From Chrysomallon squamiferum (lineage: Eukaryota; Animalia; Mollusca), in the NCBI GenBank assembly GCA_012295275.1, contig CM022665.1:11408001-11472000 (forward strand): a DNA stretch of 64,000 nucleotides. Direction: 5' to 3'. The position numbers and the translations under genes were made by a program. Positions 27,829-39,579 of the stretch are shown here, in pieces. A model generated the notes under the pieces. The model searched no databases. It had not been told where the DNA came from and saw nothing but the letters and a program-made list of their open reading frames with translations. Position 1 is the stretch's first letter, and each line of letters opens with the position of its first letter.

Positions 27829-28887
27829 ATGGCAGGCAGACCAGTTCGTCTTTTCGATGCCTCTGACACGCAGGGAGAAAGGTATCGTCCCGGGTTCATG
27901 TACGAACCTGATAGTCCCATGATGATGTACAATACCGCGGGCAAACATGATGTTGTTACCACGTACGAAAACAACAACAACAACACGGAGTATATCAGTA
28001 CTCTGGAAGAGAGTCAAGCGCCAGATACATTTCCTTGTGGACATGTTTTGTGTCATCATTGCATTAGGCGTCATTTGCACAGAAACTTTTCAAGAACTTT
28101 GAGATGTCCCGTATGCTACCAGATCGTAACCTTGAATATTGCGGATATGGAACCGCCCCTGTCTCCACTATCCCCAAATTCACCAAAGTCGCCAGGATTC
28201 GATGACGATGCCATTCCAAATGTATCTCTTCTGTCCAATTTTGATGAAATCATCAAGAGGTTTAACGGCGTCAACAATAACCTGAGACGACTGAAAACAG
28301 AAAGTGTGCAGGCGAGAAGTCTCGGTATGACATATACCAACACTCATTGTGATTTGTGTACTGAGAACCACGGAACTCTGAGAGTGGTCCAGGAGCTCAA
28401 CCAGCTCAAACTCAACCACGAGAGACCATCCCGTTATCTTTCATACTACTACAAACTCGCACACGGCCGCATAGTTACGACCTTTTACAGCAAAGTGAAC
28501 TCTGCTTGCATTTGCGTTCCTTGTTCATATAAAGAACTGCGAGACACTAAGAAGGTACCAGAACTTCAGTTCCTAACTGATAATGAAGCAGAAACTGAAC
28601 CTAAAGCATGTCTGGCAGCAGTTGGGAAACTTATCGCCAAGAACACGGCTCCCATCATGGCGTTGAAAGGAAAGAATGTCATAGAGATCGACCACACAAT
28701 CAGAATCAGAGAAAGTGCTGACAAGTTCGATTTCTTCGAGACGGCTGACCAGATTGAAAACATGGTGAAACAGCACGAAAGAAGTCTGCTCAAAATGGCC
28801 ACCAAGCAGATCAAAGACACTGGCAAGCTGTACCATGTGCAAGAGAGCAACGAAGTGGAAATTAACATGGACGAGACGGATGTGTAG
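27829..28887 (+). CDS. Single-exon TRIM/RBCC-like protein (352 aa) with degenerate RING-HC, degenerate B-box1/B-box2 and a coiled-coil-like C-terminus
   Basis: Only long non-repetitive ORF in the first 44 kb, with GC and codon composition well above background. ATG at 27829 has an in-frame TGA upstream (27805-27807) and no AG in between. Motifs: P-C-G-H-x2-C-x2-C...C-P-V-C (RING ligands 3-8), CDLC (B-box1 start), H..FYSKVNSACICVPC (B-box2-like), FETADQIENMVKQHERSLLKMA (TRIM coiled-coil-like). Stop TAG at 28885-28887. Confidence 0.85.
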   Translation: MAGRPVRLFDASDTQGERYRPGFMYEPDSPMMMYNTAGKHDVVTTYENNNNNTEYISTLEESQAPDTFPCGHVLCHHCIRRHLHRNFSRTLRCPVCYQIVTLNIADMEPPLSPLSPNSPKSPGFDDDAIPNVSLLSNFDEIIKRFNGVNNNLRRLKTESVQARSLGMTYTNTHCDLCTENHGTLRVVQELNQLKLNHERPSRYLSYYYKLAHGRIVTTFYSKVNSACICVPCSYKELRDTKKVPELQFLTDNEAETEPKACLAAVGKLIAKNTAPIMALKGKNVIEIDHTIRIRESADKFDFFETADQIENMVKQHERSLLKMATKQIKDTGKLYHVQESNEVEINMDETDV

Positions 28888-28930
28888 AAGCAAATCTTTT
28901 TTTGTGAATTAATTTTTGTACAAGTGTTTT

Positions 28931-29325
28931 AAGATGCTGAATCGAAACTAATTATTATACAGGTGTGTCAAGATACTGTTTACTATTATATAGGTGATGC
29001 TGAATCGAAATTGATTATTATCAAGATGCGTCAAGATAATGATAGTGAATGAATCATTACACAGGTGAGTATTTGATAGTGAAAATGCTGAATCGAAATT
29101 GATTATTATCCAGATGTGTCAATACCAAAAGTGAATTAATTATTATACAGGTCAGTTAAGATGCTGAAACTAAACTGATTATTATTAGGGTGTGTCAAGA
29201 TACTGGAAGTGAATTCTTGTGAAGGTTTGTGAAGATGCTGAACCGAAAATGATTATTATCCAGATGTGTTACGATACTGAATGTAAATTAAGTATAACAC
29301 AGATGTGAGAAATTACCTGAATCTT
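28931..29325 (+). repeat. Degenerate dimeric minisatellite (~39-bp monomer, ~76-bp higher-order unit) in the TRIM-like 3' UTR
   Basis: GATGCTGAATCGAAA(T/C)TGATTATTATCCAGATGTGTC-like units at 28933, 28996, 29084, 29160 and 29234, alternating with GATACTGAAAGTGAATTAATTATTATACAGGTG-like units. Confidence 0.8.
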
Positions 29326-30220
29326 TTGAAATTAAAGAATGATAAAACTAGCAAACTGTATAATGAAGGATCAGAAGAAGTGAAGCAAACTGTCTAAGAT
29401 TCGACGTTTATAAATACAAAATCGTGAGAATATGATAACATAATTATAGAGACTGTCTTCATCAAAGCCATTCAGAATTGGAAGTTAATTTAACTGCATC
29501 GTGTTATAAAAACGAAAACTTTCGATTTAACTTGATAAAAGTTCGAGAAAGCACTGATTATATAAATTCAAATGACTGAAGCTTGTTATGTATATATTCG
29601 AGTTAAAGAAATGTTTCATCGCTGCATTGTTAAAACAGATTCCTATTAATATGTTCAAGTTCTGTATAGAATTCCATTGTCTTGGACATGTTAAATCGAG
29701 TCTTGTAACACAGAATATAATATTATCTTCAATTTAACGTTTTGGGATGGTTTTTTTTTTTTTGGGGTGGGGTGTGGGGGCGGGTTTTCAAGTCCATCAG
29801 AACTTTGTTTACAAGAAAAAAAATTGTTTTTCTAATTTTTATTATTATTAATAATTATTTGATTTATTATTATGATTATTTATTTATTTATTTATTTTAA
29901 ATTGGGATTAATTATTTTATTATTATTTTTTGTCCGCTAACATTCTGTATTTTGTTTACACATATCGGTTTTATTCGTCGTTCAAGTCACGGATTTATAA
30001 AAGTGGTTCCTTGTGGAATTGTGAGCTGGAAATAATGTTCAGATATTTTGGACTGATGCTTTCAGCAAAGACTGTACGTTGGAGAGAGAAAAGAAAACTA
30101 TATGTATATTTTTTGTGAAAATATTTATTTTATATTATCTGTTAATGATATGATTTTGTGTAATCATTTGATATATAGAAATAGCTTTTAATTAGAAATA
30201 ATATTTTTGTCTCTACTAAA

Positions 30221-30226
30221 AATAAA
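30221..30226 (+). terminator. Candidate polyadenylation signal of the TRIM-like gene
   Basis: AATAAA about 1.33 kb after the stop codon, followed by TG/T-rich sequence. Weak evidence in so AT-rich a background. Confidence 0.4.
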
Positions 30227-30269
30227 TATTTGTTGTTCATAGCATGTTTGGCCGTAACATTTTATTTTG

Positions 30270-30306
<37 letters not shown>

Positions 30307-30587
30307 AACAAATAATATTTACAATAACTATATATATTTTGACTATATTAATTTTTAACTTCACAATTTTTAAATATTTTTAAAATGATTTTATCACTAT
30401 ATATTTATTTATTTATTTTATTATTAATTTTCTATGCTTAAAATAAATGTTCAAAAATTATATAAGCTTATTTTATATTGCTGTAAAATTAAAAACTTAA
30501 CAATTAACAACTAAGTAATCTAAGAAATAGACTTCATTGTCTCATATAATTCTTTATTACTTGAAATACAAGCTCTTACTTCTTTCT

Positions 30588-30622
<35 letters not shown>

Positions 30623-31146
30623 AAGTACGCGTTTCCATGATCACCAATATATTACCAAAAATATTTAATCTCTTCAGCCGTTTCTCTGTTCATAGATAAA
30701 AATTTAATAATGTCAGTGCCGTCGATGGGCGTTTATATTCAGTTTTGTGCACGCTCTAGTTAGCGGAAAGAGTCGACATTTCGTGTCATCATGGTGACAT
30801 TTTTGATAAAAGGGCAGCAATATTTGTCGGAGCTTTCGTTTCGGCTTATGTCATTAACATAAAAATGAAATTTCGGAAGTAACTTTTAAAAAGTAACTTT
30901 GTCATGCATGATTGAAAAAGTGTTAAAGATTGATTGTGGTGTATATTTTTAGAAAGTTAATCTTTTTGTACTGCCGGTTGTCATTTGTAAGAAAACGTTT
31001 GACAGTGCTTCGAGTCTTAGATGGTTTGACAAATGTTACTTTCACAATTATATGCAGATGAAAAACGAAAAACTTTAAAAGTATCTCTCTCCCTAAATAT
31101 GTTTTTGTATATTTTTATGTGACTGTTTTATTTGTCAGTAGACACT

Positions 31147-31245
<99 letters not shown>

Positions 31246-32604
31246 GATTTATTATACATATATTGTTTAACAATAATAACAATGATGATGGTCATTAAAG
31301 ATGTCCTTTGCACAGTCTATTTGTATTTGATAGTAAATGTCAGAAATAGCCGACAGTACATCCTCTGACATTTAAAATCTTTTTGAAATGATTGTGGCTT
31401 ACTCTTTACTAATGACAGTGGCATTTGGCACGCGCATCATTCAATTCATCTTCTCAATGAAACATCTTGCCCTAGTAAATTATGCATGCTTTTTCCGGCG
31501 GCCTCAGAATAGATCTTCATTATGCCGGCCATACTGAATGTCGCTCAGGAAGGGTCACTATATTAAGTAAAAATAAAATGAATCAATGATTGTTTGTCAC
31601 CATAGCATATAATTTATTTGAATTTTATTTGAATATTTACCATTTAAAGGGAGGAAGAGTTTATAATTATGAAACGAAGTAGGGCATCCGATGCACCCAC
31701 TTCTAGGGTTATTCTTGTCTGATAGCAACAATGAATGTTTTATGTGCTCCTTCCCAGAAAGCTTATACCACGTGCTTGATAGATAAATTGTTGCACTGGT
31801 TACTGAGGGAAAAATTTTCAGGAAGATTTTTGCAGTAATAATACTACTACCAGTAACAACAAAAACATTATGAATAATAATAGTAACAACAGCAACAACA
31901 ACAACAACAAATAATAATAATAATAATAACAATAATGATGATGATGAGATAATGGTGATGATGTTTTAAATTCATTGAAAATACGTATAAAGTGTAAGAT
32001 GTAATTTTATTTATCATATTTATGTGTGTATATGTGTAAAAAGGATATATATAAAATACTACTGTTATTTTAAGAAGCTACAATGCATTAACAAATTACG
32101 TTAAGAAACAGTACAAATCATCACCAGTGTTAAGCCTTTCTATAAGTAATTAAAGCCATCTAAAATTGATTAGTGCCCCACTTCAGTCGCAGGTATTATA
32201 ATTAGAATCTGCAGGGTTTTTTGTAATGATACCTGGTCACATCTCGTTGACAAAGTGAAACGTTGTAGGCCTGCACTGGACAATTTAGAGAGAAGACAGC
32301 TAGATATGACTCATACCCGTAAACACTACGAACAAATATATCATGCCTTTTCTTCTTCTTTAAAAAAAAAAAAAAAAAAAAGTATATTAAATACATAAAG
32401 ACCGACACAGTTATCCGAGAGTCAAATTATACTGAACAAAAAAATTAGGAACCACTGGATCATTTGTTTACTTCATTTATTTTGACAAGTAGTCATTGAT
32501 AATTTTATAAATACTGTTGGTCATAATTATAGTCTTGCTTTTCATTGCAATGATTAATTTATTTTGGATGAGTGTTGCTCATAAATATTTCATGATCTCT
32601 GACA

Positions 32605-32637
<33 letters not shown>

Positions 32638-32660
32638 AAAGTTACTGTTCTGTGTAAAAT

Positions 32661-32843
32661 AATTTATAATCCAACAATTATGTTAGGATAAAGGCTTAAA
32701 TTATTTGTTTGCAAATGTGTATACATTCAGGATCCCTAAAATTGTTTTTATCTATTTATTATTCAGCGAAAGAGAATTTATAACACAACAAAGGTGTTAG
32801 GACAAAGGCTTAAATTATTTGTTTGTCAGTGCATGTACTTCAG
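32661..32843 (+). repeat. Tandem duplication, 114-bp period
   Basis: AATTTATAA..CAACAA...TGTTAGGA.AAAGGCTTAAATTATTTGTTTG at 32661 and 32775. Confidence 0.7.
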
Positions 32844-33366
32844 AAAGGATACATCATACGTATTACTGAATTTTGCGGTCATTGCACATTTTCAATTCGG
32901 TTTGGCCTTTTACAATTCTATCACCAAACAAATTGAAAAAAAAAAAAAAAAATGTGTGTACCTTTTACATTAAGCTAGCTATCAATATCTTCCCAAAGAT
33001 TGAGTTCAAAGGTTTTCTTGTTATTTCTGGCTTGTAAATTTGTTAGTTACAAGTCACTGCATTTGTTGTCGAATGAGTAATGATACTGGTATTGGAACCG
33101 TTACATTAGGTTTTCTTTTCAGCTGTAGGTAAATTTTAGATACGCTCCAAAATATTAATCGACATGAAAATTACGTATAATATTCAACACTTATAATGAC
33201 AGTTTTATTCTATTCTTATCATGATCATCATGATTATTATTATTATTATTACAACTATTACTGCTTCTACTCTACTACTACTACTATTACTTCTAATACT
33301 TCTACTACTAATGTTACTACTGCTGCTGTTGCTAATGCTACTATTGTTTCATCTTCTTCATCATCT

Positions 33367-33441
<75 letters not shown>

Positions 33442-35138
33442 ATGCTGATTCTTTATTTGGCTGTTTGAATCTTTGTCCTTTTTATAATTTTAAAAAGTGA
33501 TGTTTGTGATACCTACACAAATTTCTTTAATTTCTAGTTTAGAATATGAGAGTAACAGTATACTAGTTTCAGTTTAAGTTCAAATGCATTTATTACCACT
33601 GTAGTGGATATTGTGAGTTTCATCAGACAGGTTTTTTTTAATTTATTTATTTTTATTTATATATTTATTTATTATTTCTGTTGTTGTTGTTATTGTTGTT
33701 TATAGAAAAACAATGACAAGTTAACTTTTCTCTCTTTTTTTTTTTTTTTTTTCACTTGTGAAAATTCTCAGGATTTTTGAAAGAGTTTACGGCATATATT
33801 TTTATTTTTAGGTTATATTTTTGCTTGCATGTTTTATTTAACATTAAGAATAAAATAAATTATTTAAGCTAAACACTATACTAACAAACTACGTCTTTTC
33901 TTCTTTCTTTTTTTTTAATAATAAAAATAAATTTTAAGTTCTTCACACCTTTAGTGTTTTTATTTTTTTAAATGTGATAGATTCTTCTTCATATACATAT
34001 ACATATATATTTAATGGCACTTTTTATATATGATTAGCATACTTTCAACAAAATTTACATATTTAAAATTAATGTGGATATTATTCAAAATTCTATGTCA
34101 TTATTCCTCTGTTCTGGCCATCTCGTCTAATGTATTTTAAACGCATCATGCAGTCAGAAACAAGTTTTTTTTTGTTTATATATATGATGTACTTGTTTCA
34201 TAACTGGTGCATATCAGAATAACACAATGGTGAATGTAGAATTGTATTAATGTTGCTTTTCATACACTGAATGTTATCTAAGTGTTAATGTACATCTGGC
34301 GCGCATACATATAATCCATGAAATATGTGTACACATAATTATGTCTGTATAGGCCTACATATTTGTTAATGTCTACATTTGTAGACACATGTATATACAC
34401 ATAGTATTAACTATTATTTTATTTTATGTGCGTTAATATGTTACGTTCACTGTTAATAATATTTTAGACATTAATATATTATTGCTTTGTTTAAGTAAAA
34501 GATTTTGGTGACTGTTTTAAAACAACAAACTGGCAATCAGCCCATGTTGTTTAGGAATGGTTTCAGTAGTTATAAATATTTAACCAATGTGTGTATGTAG
34601 ATATATGTACGTATATATTATTTGATGATTATATTGCTTGTCCAGTATTTGCATGAAATATTATCGCAGGTACTTTAAGATATTTTCATATCTCTGATTA
34701 GGGTGTGGGATATGTATATGCATACATGCATAAATAAAAAAAATACCTACATACATATACACATACATGCATACATGCATACATACGTACATACATACCT
34801 ACACACACATATAAAAAATATATATATACACACACAAACACACATACATACAAATTCCTATCTGATTAAAAGCATGTCTGTTACACTGTTTATAAGAACA
34901 TATCTAGAAGCAGAAAGGAACCATCCATGTTTCTGTGTTATTTTTGCAACCTGCAAGTTGCTATATTTTTTTTAAAAAGATCTTCAGCCCACTTGTCTTT
35001 CATGTAGAATCATTTTGGTGACGGTCTCCAATGCTTGGTGCTTTGATTTTTATTTTCCACACAAAATAATGCATGTACTAGAAGCTGTGATGGAATTTCT
35101 ATATAACAATACTATATATATATATACATATAAAGCTA

Positions 35139-35337
35139 TAATTATGTATATTATTCGTAAATAATTATGTATTCAATTCTTTAATAATTGTATAAATTAC
35201 TATTTAAAAATTATGTATATTACTGTTAAATAATCATGTATATTACTCTTAAGCAAGTATGTGTATTATTCTTTAATAATTATGTATATTACTCATAAAT
35301 AATTATGTATATTACTCTTAAATAATAATGCATATTA
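35139..35337 (+). repeat. 23-bp minisatellite, about 8-9 copies
   Basis: Consensus AATAATTATGTATATTACTCTTA. Confidence 0.8.
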
Positions 35338-35523
35338 AAATTTGATGTGCATACGTCGAAGTCTGTAATGTTACATTAACAAAAGTGGTTTCTTATGAAT
35401 TTGTTTCGGTTTTAGAAGTTTTTATCTTTTGTACATATCTTTGTAAATTTTTCTTTTATCACATTCATGTATGTATCTGATGCATATTTTTAGTGTACAT
35501 AACCTTTAGCAATTCACGTACTT

Positions 35524-35558
<35 letters not shown>

Positions 35559-35832
35559 GAAGTTATTGAAATGTGTACATAAAAAATAAACCGCCAAGTT
35601 TAGCAAGAGTTCTTTATTATTATTATTTTTATTATTATTATTATTATTATTAAACAAAATATGATCAAAATACTTTTTATGAGCTAGTTACAAAATTACT
35701 AATCGTTTTCTTTTTTTTCTTTTTATTTATTTATTTATATATATATTTTTTTCGGTTCAGATATATGAATATTCAAAAATGTTTTTTTTCCCAGACTTTC
35801 CACTTTACTTACGGTTCTACTTCGGTGACTAA

Positions 35833-36102
35833 AGGTACATTCTCACTGTGTGATTAATTGTGCCGATTTATCTCGTACGATTGAGTCTTTTTATCAGAAT
35901 ATGTAAATCATAAAATACTATACGACACTATTCTTACAAACAAATTGTGAGATGTTTCATATCGTTTTAAAACACACAGTTTTAAGCCGTAAATTTTAAA
36001 ACCAGATGTTTGTGTATGTCGACAATCTGTATGACACTAGAAAATGATTTTAAAAGCACTGCGATAAGTAGGTACAACTTCTGATTTAGTGTGAACGCCC
36101 CT
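35833..36102. mobile_element. Degenerate PIF/Harbinger-like MITE (270 bp)
   Basis: TAA|AGGTACATTCTCACT ... AGTGTGAACGCCCCT|TAA (11/15 TIR match, TAA duplication); subterminal inverted match TTGTGCCGATTTATCTC vs GCGATAAGTAGGTACAA. Confidence 0.55.
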
Positions 36103-36298
36103 TAAAGTATAGAAATAAGTTCTTTACAAATATATAATACTGTTTTCAATTTAATAAGCATAATAAAAATTTACATATAATGTCATAATAAACTGAAATA
36201 CTGAAAAACTGAAATACACTTACAGTGGAAATATTTCATTTAGAAAGTGTTTAGATATTTTATTCTTGTGTTGTATAATTTTGTCACAAGAAATTTAA

Positions 36299-36340
<42 letters not shown>

Positions 36341-37574
36341 TATAAATAATAATAATAATAATATTAATAATGTTTAGAATCTTTGCATAATCCTATTTAC
36401 AGTTTATAAATTATAAAAAATATATACATGAAAATAAAAATGTCATTTTTTAATATGTAAATAGCTGATATTAACATATGGTCAATGGTTTACTGCAGTA
36501 AACACATTTCAGAATGACGTAACGTTATTTGGAATGTGAAATGTGATCTTCATTCTAAATCTAATTTCAAAACAAATGATACTGAAATTTATTTAAGTAA
36601 ATATATTACTGATGCATGAAGCTAATTTAAATGGTACTCGTGATCTAATTATTCCATTTAAGAAATGTGATACTGATATCAGCACATCAAAATGATTTTG
36701 ATTTTTCTGATCAAAGATACGACTAATTAAAGTATATACATGTATATATATATATATATATGTTCATAATAAATATAATAAGTGTCTCGAATGTGATATA
36801 TTTTGTCTGATTTAACTGATATTCAAAACAAATTGTAATAATAATAATAAAATTATTATTATTATTATTATTATTATTGTTATTATTACTACTACTACTA
36901 CTACAACTACTATTACTACCACTATTACTATTACTGTTATTACTACTACTGTCTAAGGTTAGTGAACAAACATGTTTCCTTAAAGGCCTTTATTTTTAAA
37001 ACACTATTTTGAAATTGGACTTTATTTTTAAAATTATATTTTCATAAATATATTTCAAAGTTTTTCAACTTTAATTTTTTTTTCACAGATGTACAGATGT
37101 TTATAAATATGTATCCCTACCTATAAATAATGCAGAAAGAAAAATCTACCTTTAATTGTTTGTACTGTTTGTTTGTTTTCAACGATAAGTTTACCTGTGT
37201 GTGCGGGCACTTCATTTTATTTATTTATTTATTTATTATTATTAGTAGTAGTACTACTACTACTACTTTATTAATATTTATTTATTTATTTATTTATTTA
37301 TTATTATTAGTACTACTACTACTTTATTAATTTTTATTTATTTATTTATTATTATTATTACTACTACTACTACTTTATTAATTTTTATTTATTTTTATTA
37401 TTTCTGTATTATTATTATCATCATCATCATTTTTTATTATAAATTCTAGGGTTTTTTTGCATTTTTTTTTGTAATGTGTGTCAGTTTCCTCATTAATAGT
37501 GCTAAGACTCTGTACATATAAACAGTGAAACAAAATGTTTTTGTTGAATTTCAACTGCTCCAGTGAAATTTTGT

Positions 37575-37607
<33 letters not shown>

Positions 37608-37947
37608 CTGTTTGTTGCTTATATTTTACATACCAGCTTATATTAGTCTTTTTATGGCAGATCTGTACAGTATAAGAAATCAGGGGCATGAGATGAAATG
37701 ATGTGTGAATTATTAAATTTGAAATATCAAAACCATGTTCTGTTTGTTTTTTGTTTTTTTTTGTATTTTCTTCTTTATTACGGCATGCCAGTAGTGCTCT
37801 AGTTTTCACAGGTGGAACTACAAAGGAAACGAAACATTTATATCTTAAGTGTTCTTTGCGATTTTGATTAAATTAAATTTTACCTGTTCTTTGCCAAGCA
37901 GATTTGAAAGTATATCTCGCATATTTTTGTTTGATTGTTTTGTTTGT

Positions 37948-38212
37948 TTATGCAACGCCAACTTTGACGATTATGAAATATAACAGTAATATAAAATGAG
38001 GGTGCATGAAAGAGGGGCTATAAGTATAATATTTGTTTTCGTGACGTCGTTTGATTTTTTCTTTTTTTTTCTTTATGCAATGCCAAACTTTGATCATTAC
38101 AAAATATAACAGTAATATAAAATGTCCGTAAGATGCATGAAAGCTGCAAAAAAAAAAAAATAATAATAATAATAATAAATTTTAAAAAAATTAAAAAATC
38201 GTGACGTCATTT
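37948..38212 (+). repeat. Diverged tandem duplication, each copy ending in a CRE-like site
   Basis: TTATGCAA.GCCAA.CTTTGA..ATTA..AAATATAACAGTAATATAAAATG...TGCATGAAAG...TCGTGACGTC at 37948 and 38073. Confidence 0.75.
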
Positions 38213-38597
38213 CGTACAAGGAAAAGTTAAAGAATCACGACAGACTGAGGATACGACAATTCTGCTATTATTAAATTTTCTTTCAATATTCATGCTTTTT
38301 CGCTTCTTTTCTTTCTTCCTGTTTCATTACTTTTTTTTTTTTTTTTTCCTTCTTGCTTTCTTCTTACATAACTATGTACAAAATGATGTCACGAAAAGAA
38401 AAAATAGCTGTTTAAGCGCGTCGCCTCGGGCTCGTTATTTTATTGCCTTTTATTATTATATGATCCCTGTTAAGAAATAAATAAAACAATAATATATATG
38501 CATTTAGGCTATTTTGTTCATACCACTGATGGTACACAGACTTCAGTGAATCAACACGATTTTGTTTGTTTATTGTTGTATCATCATTATAATTTTA

Positions 38598-38656
<59 letters not shown>

Positions 38657-39535
38657 TGTAATTCGATTAGAATAACGACTATCTAAAAATAATAAAAATA
38701 ATAATAATAATAATAAATAAATAATTTAAAAAAATGATTATATTTTTAATTCTTTTATTTGTTCAGACTATACATGAGAGTTATAAAAATATATATTAAT
38801 AAAATAATAGGATACAAAAGAAAAAAGCTGTTAATACAAGTCCAATAATATGACAGCATGTACGAGTACTAAAATACACATAAACACTGACACACACACA
38901 AAAAACAACAACATAAAACAAAATAAAATAAAATAAAAAATAAAACTTACGAACGGACTGGGTTGGTCTTTTTTCTATTGCCTAATTTATCGTGCAAAAA
39001 GCTTATTTTTGAATAACATTAATTTGAATTATGCTTGCATTTGTATCGACATGTTCTTCAAAGACCATGCAAGGTAATTACATACAAAGAAGAAACAGAA
39101 TTAAACGAAACAGAAATTTGATTATAATATTACATAATATTTCACCTTATGTCGTCTCCGTGTTTCATCTGGTTGTATAATCTAAATATAATTCAATATT
39201 CTGTATAACCTAATCTAAATATAATTCGAAGTTCTGTAAAATGTATAAATAATTTCAGTGTAAACTGTTGAGTGAGTCAGCATTTTCGGTAGCATAATTA
39301 ATTTAACAGAGAAATCCCCAGTTGATTCAGGTGATTTTTGTATGTAATGTTTAGTGTGGGTGGACAGTCAAATAATACATTTCACTTCTTTGAGAATTAT
39401 TAATTCAGTAAATACCCCAAAAGGTCGAAACGCCCTTGTAGCGAAAAAAACGTCTTTTTATTTACCTTTTTGTTTAGAAACGAAAGGAACTTACTAAATA
39501 AAGACACATGCATCTGTGAAGTTGTAAGAGTAACA

Positions 39536-39579
<44 letters not shown>

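Noticed and set aside
27607-28893. Minus-strand ORFs overlapping the TRIM-like CDS
   Set aside because: Antisense shadows of a real coding frame; no recognisable motifs.
28931-29325. CRISPR-like repeat-spacer array
   Set aside because: Eukaryotic context, no cas genes, repeats not identical, and the spacers are diverged copies of the repeat monomer with irregular lengths.
27829-30303. Processed retrogene (intronless CDS, AATAAA, A34 tract at 30270-30303)
   Set aside because: The A-tract is over 40 nt from AATAAA, long A/T runs are ubiquitous in this window, no TSD is evident, and an upstream splice acceptor exists.
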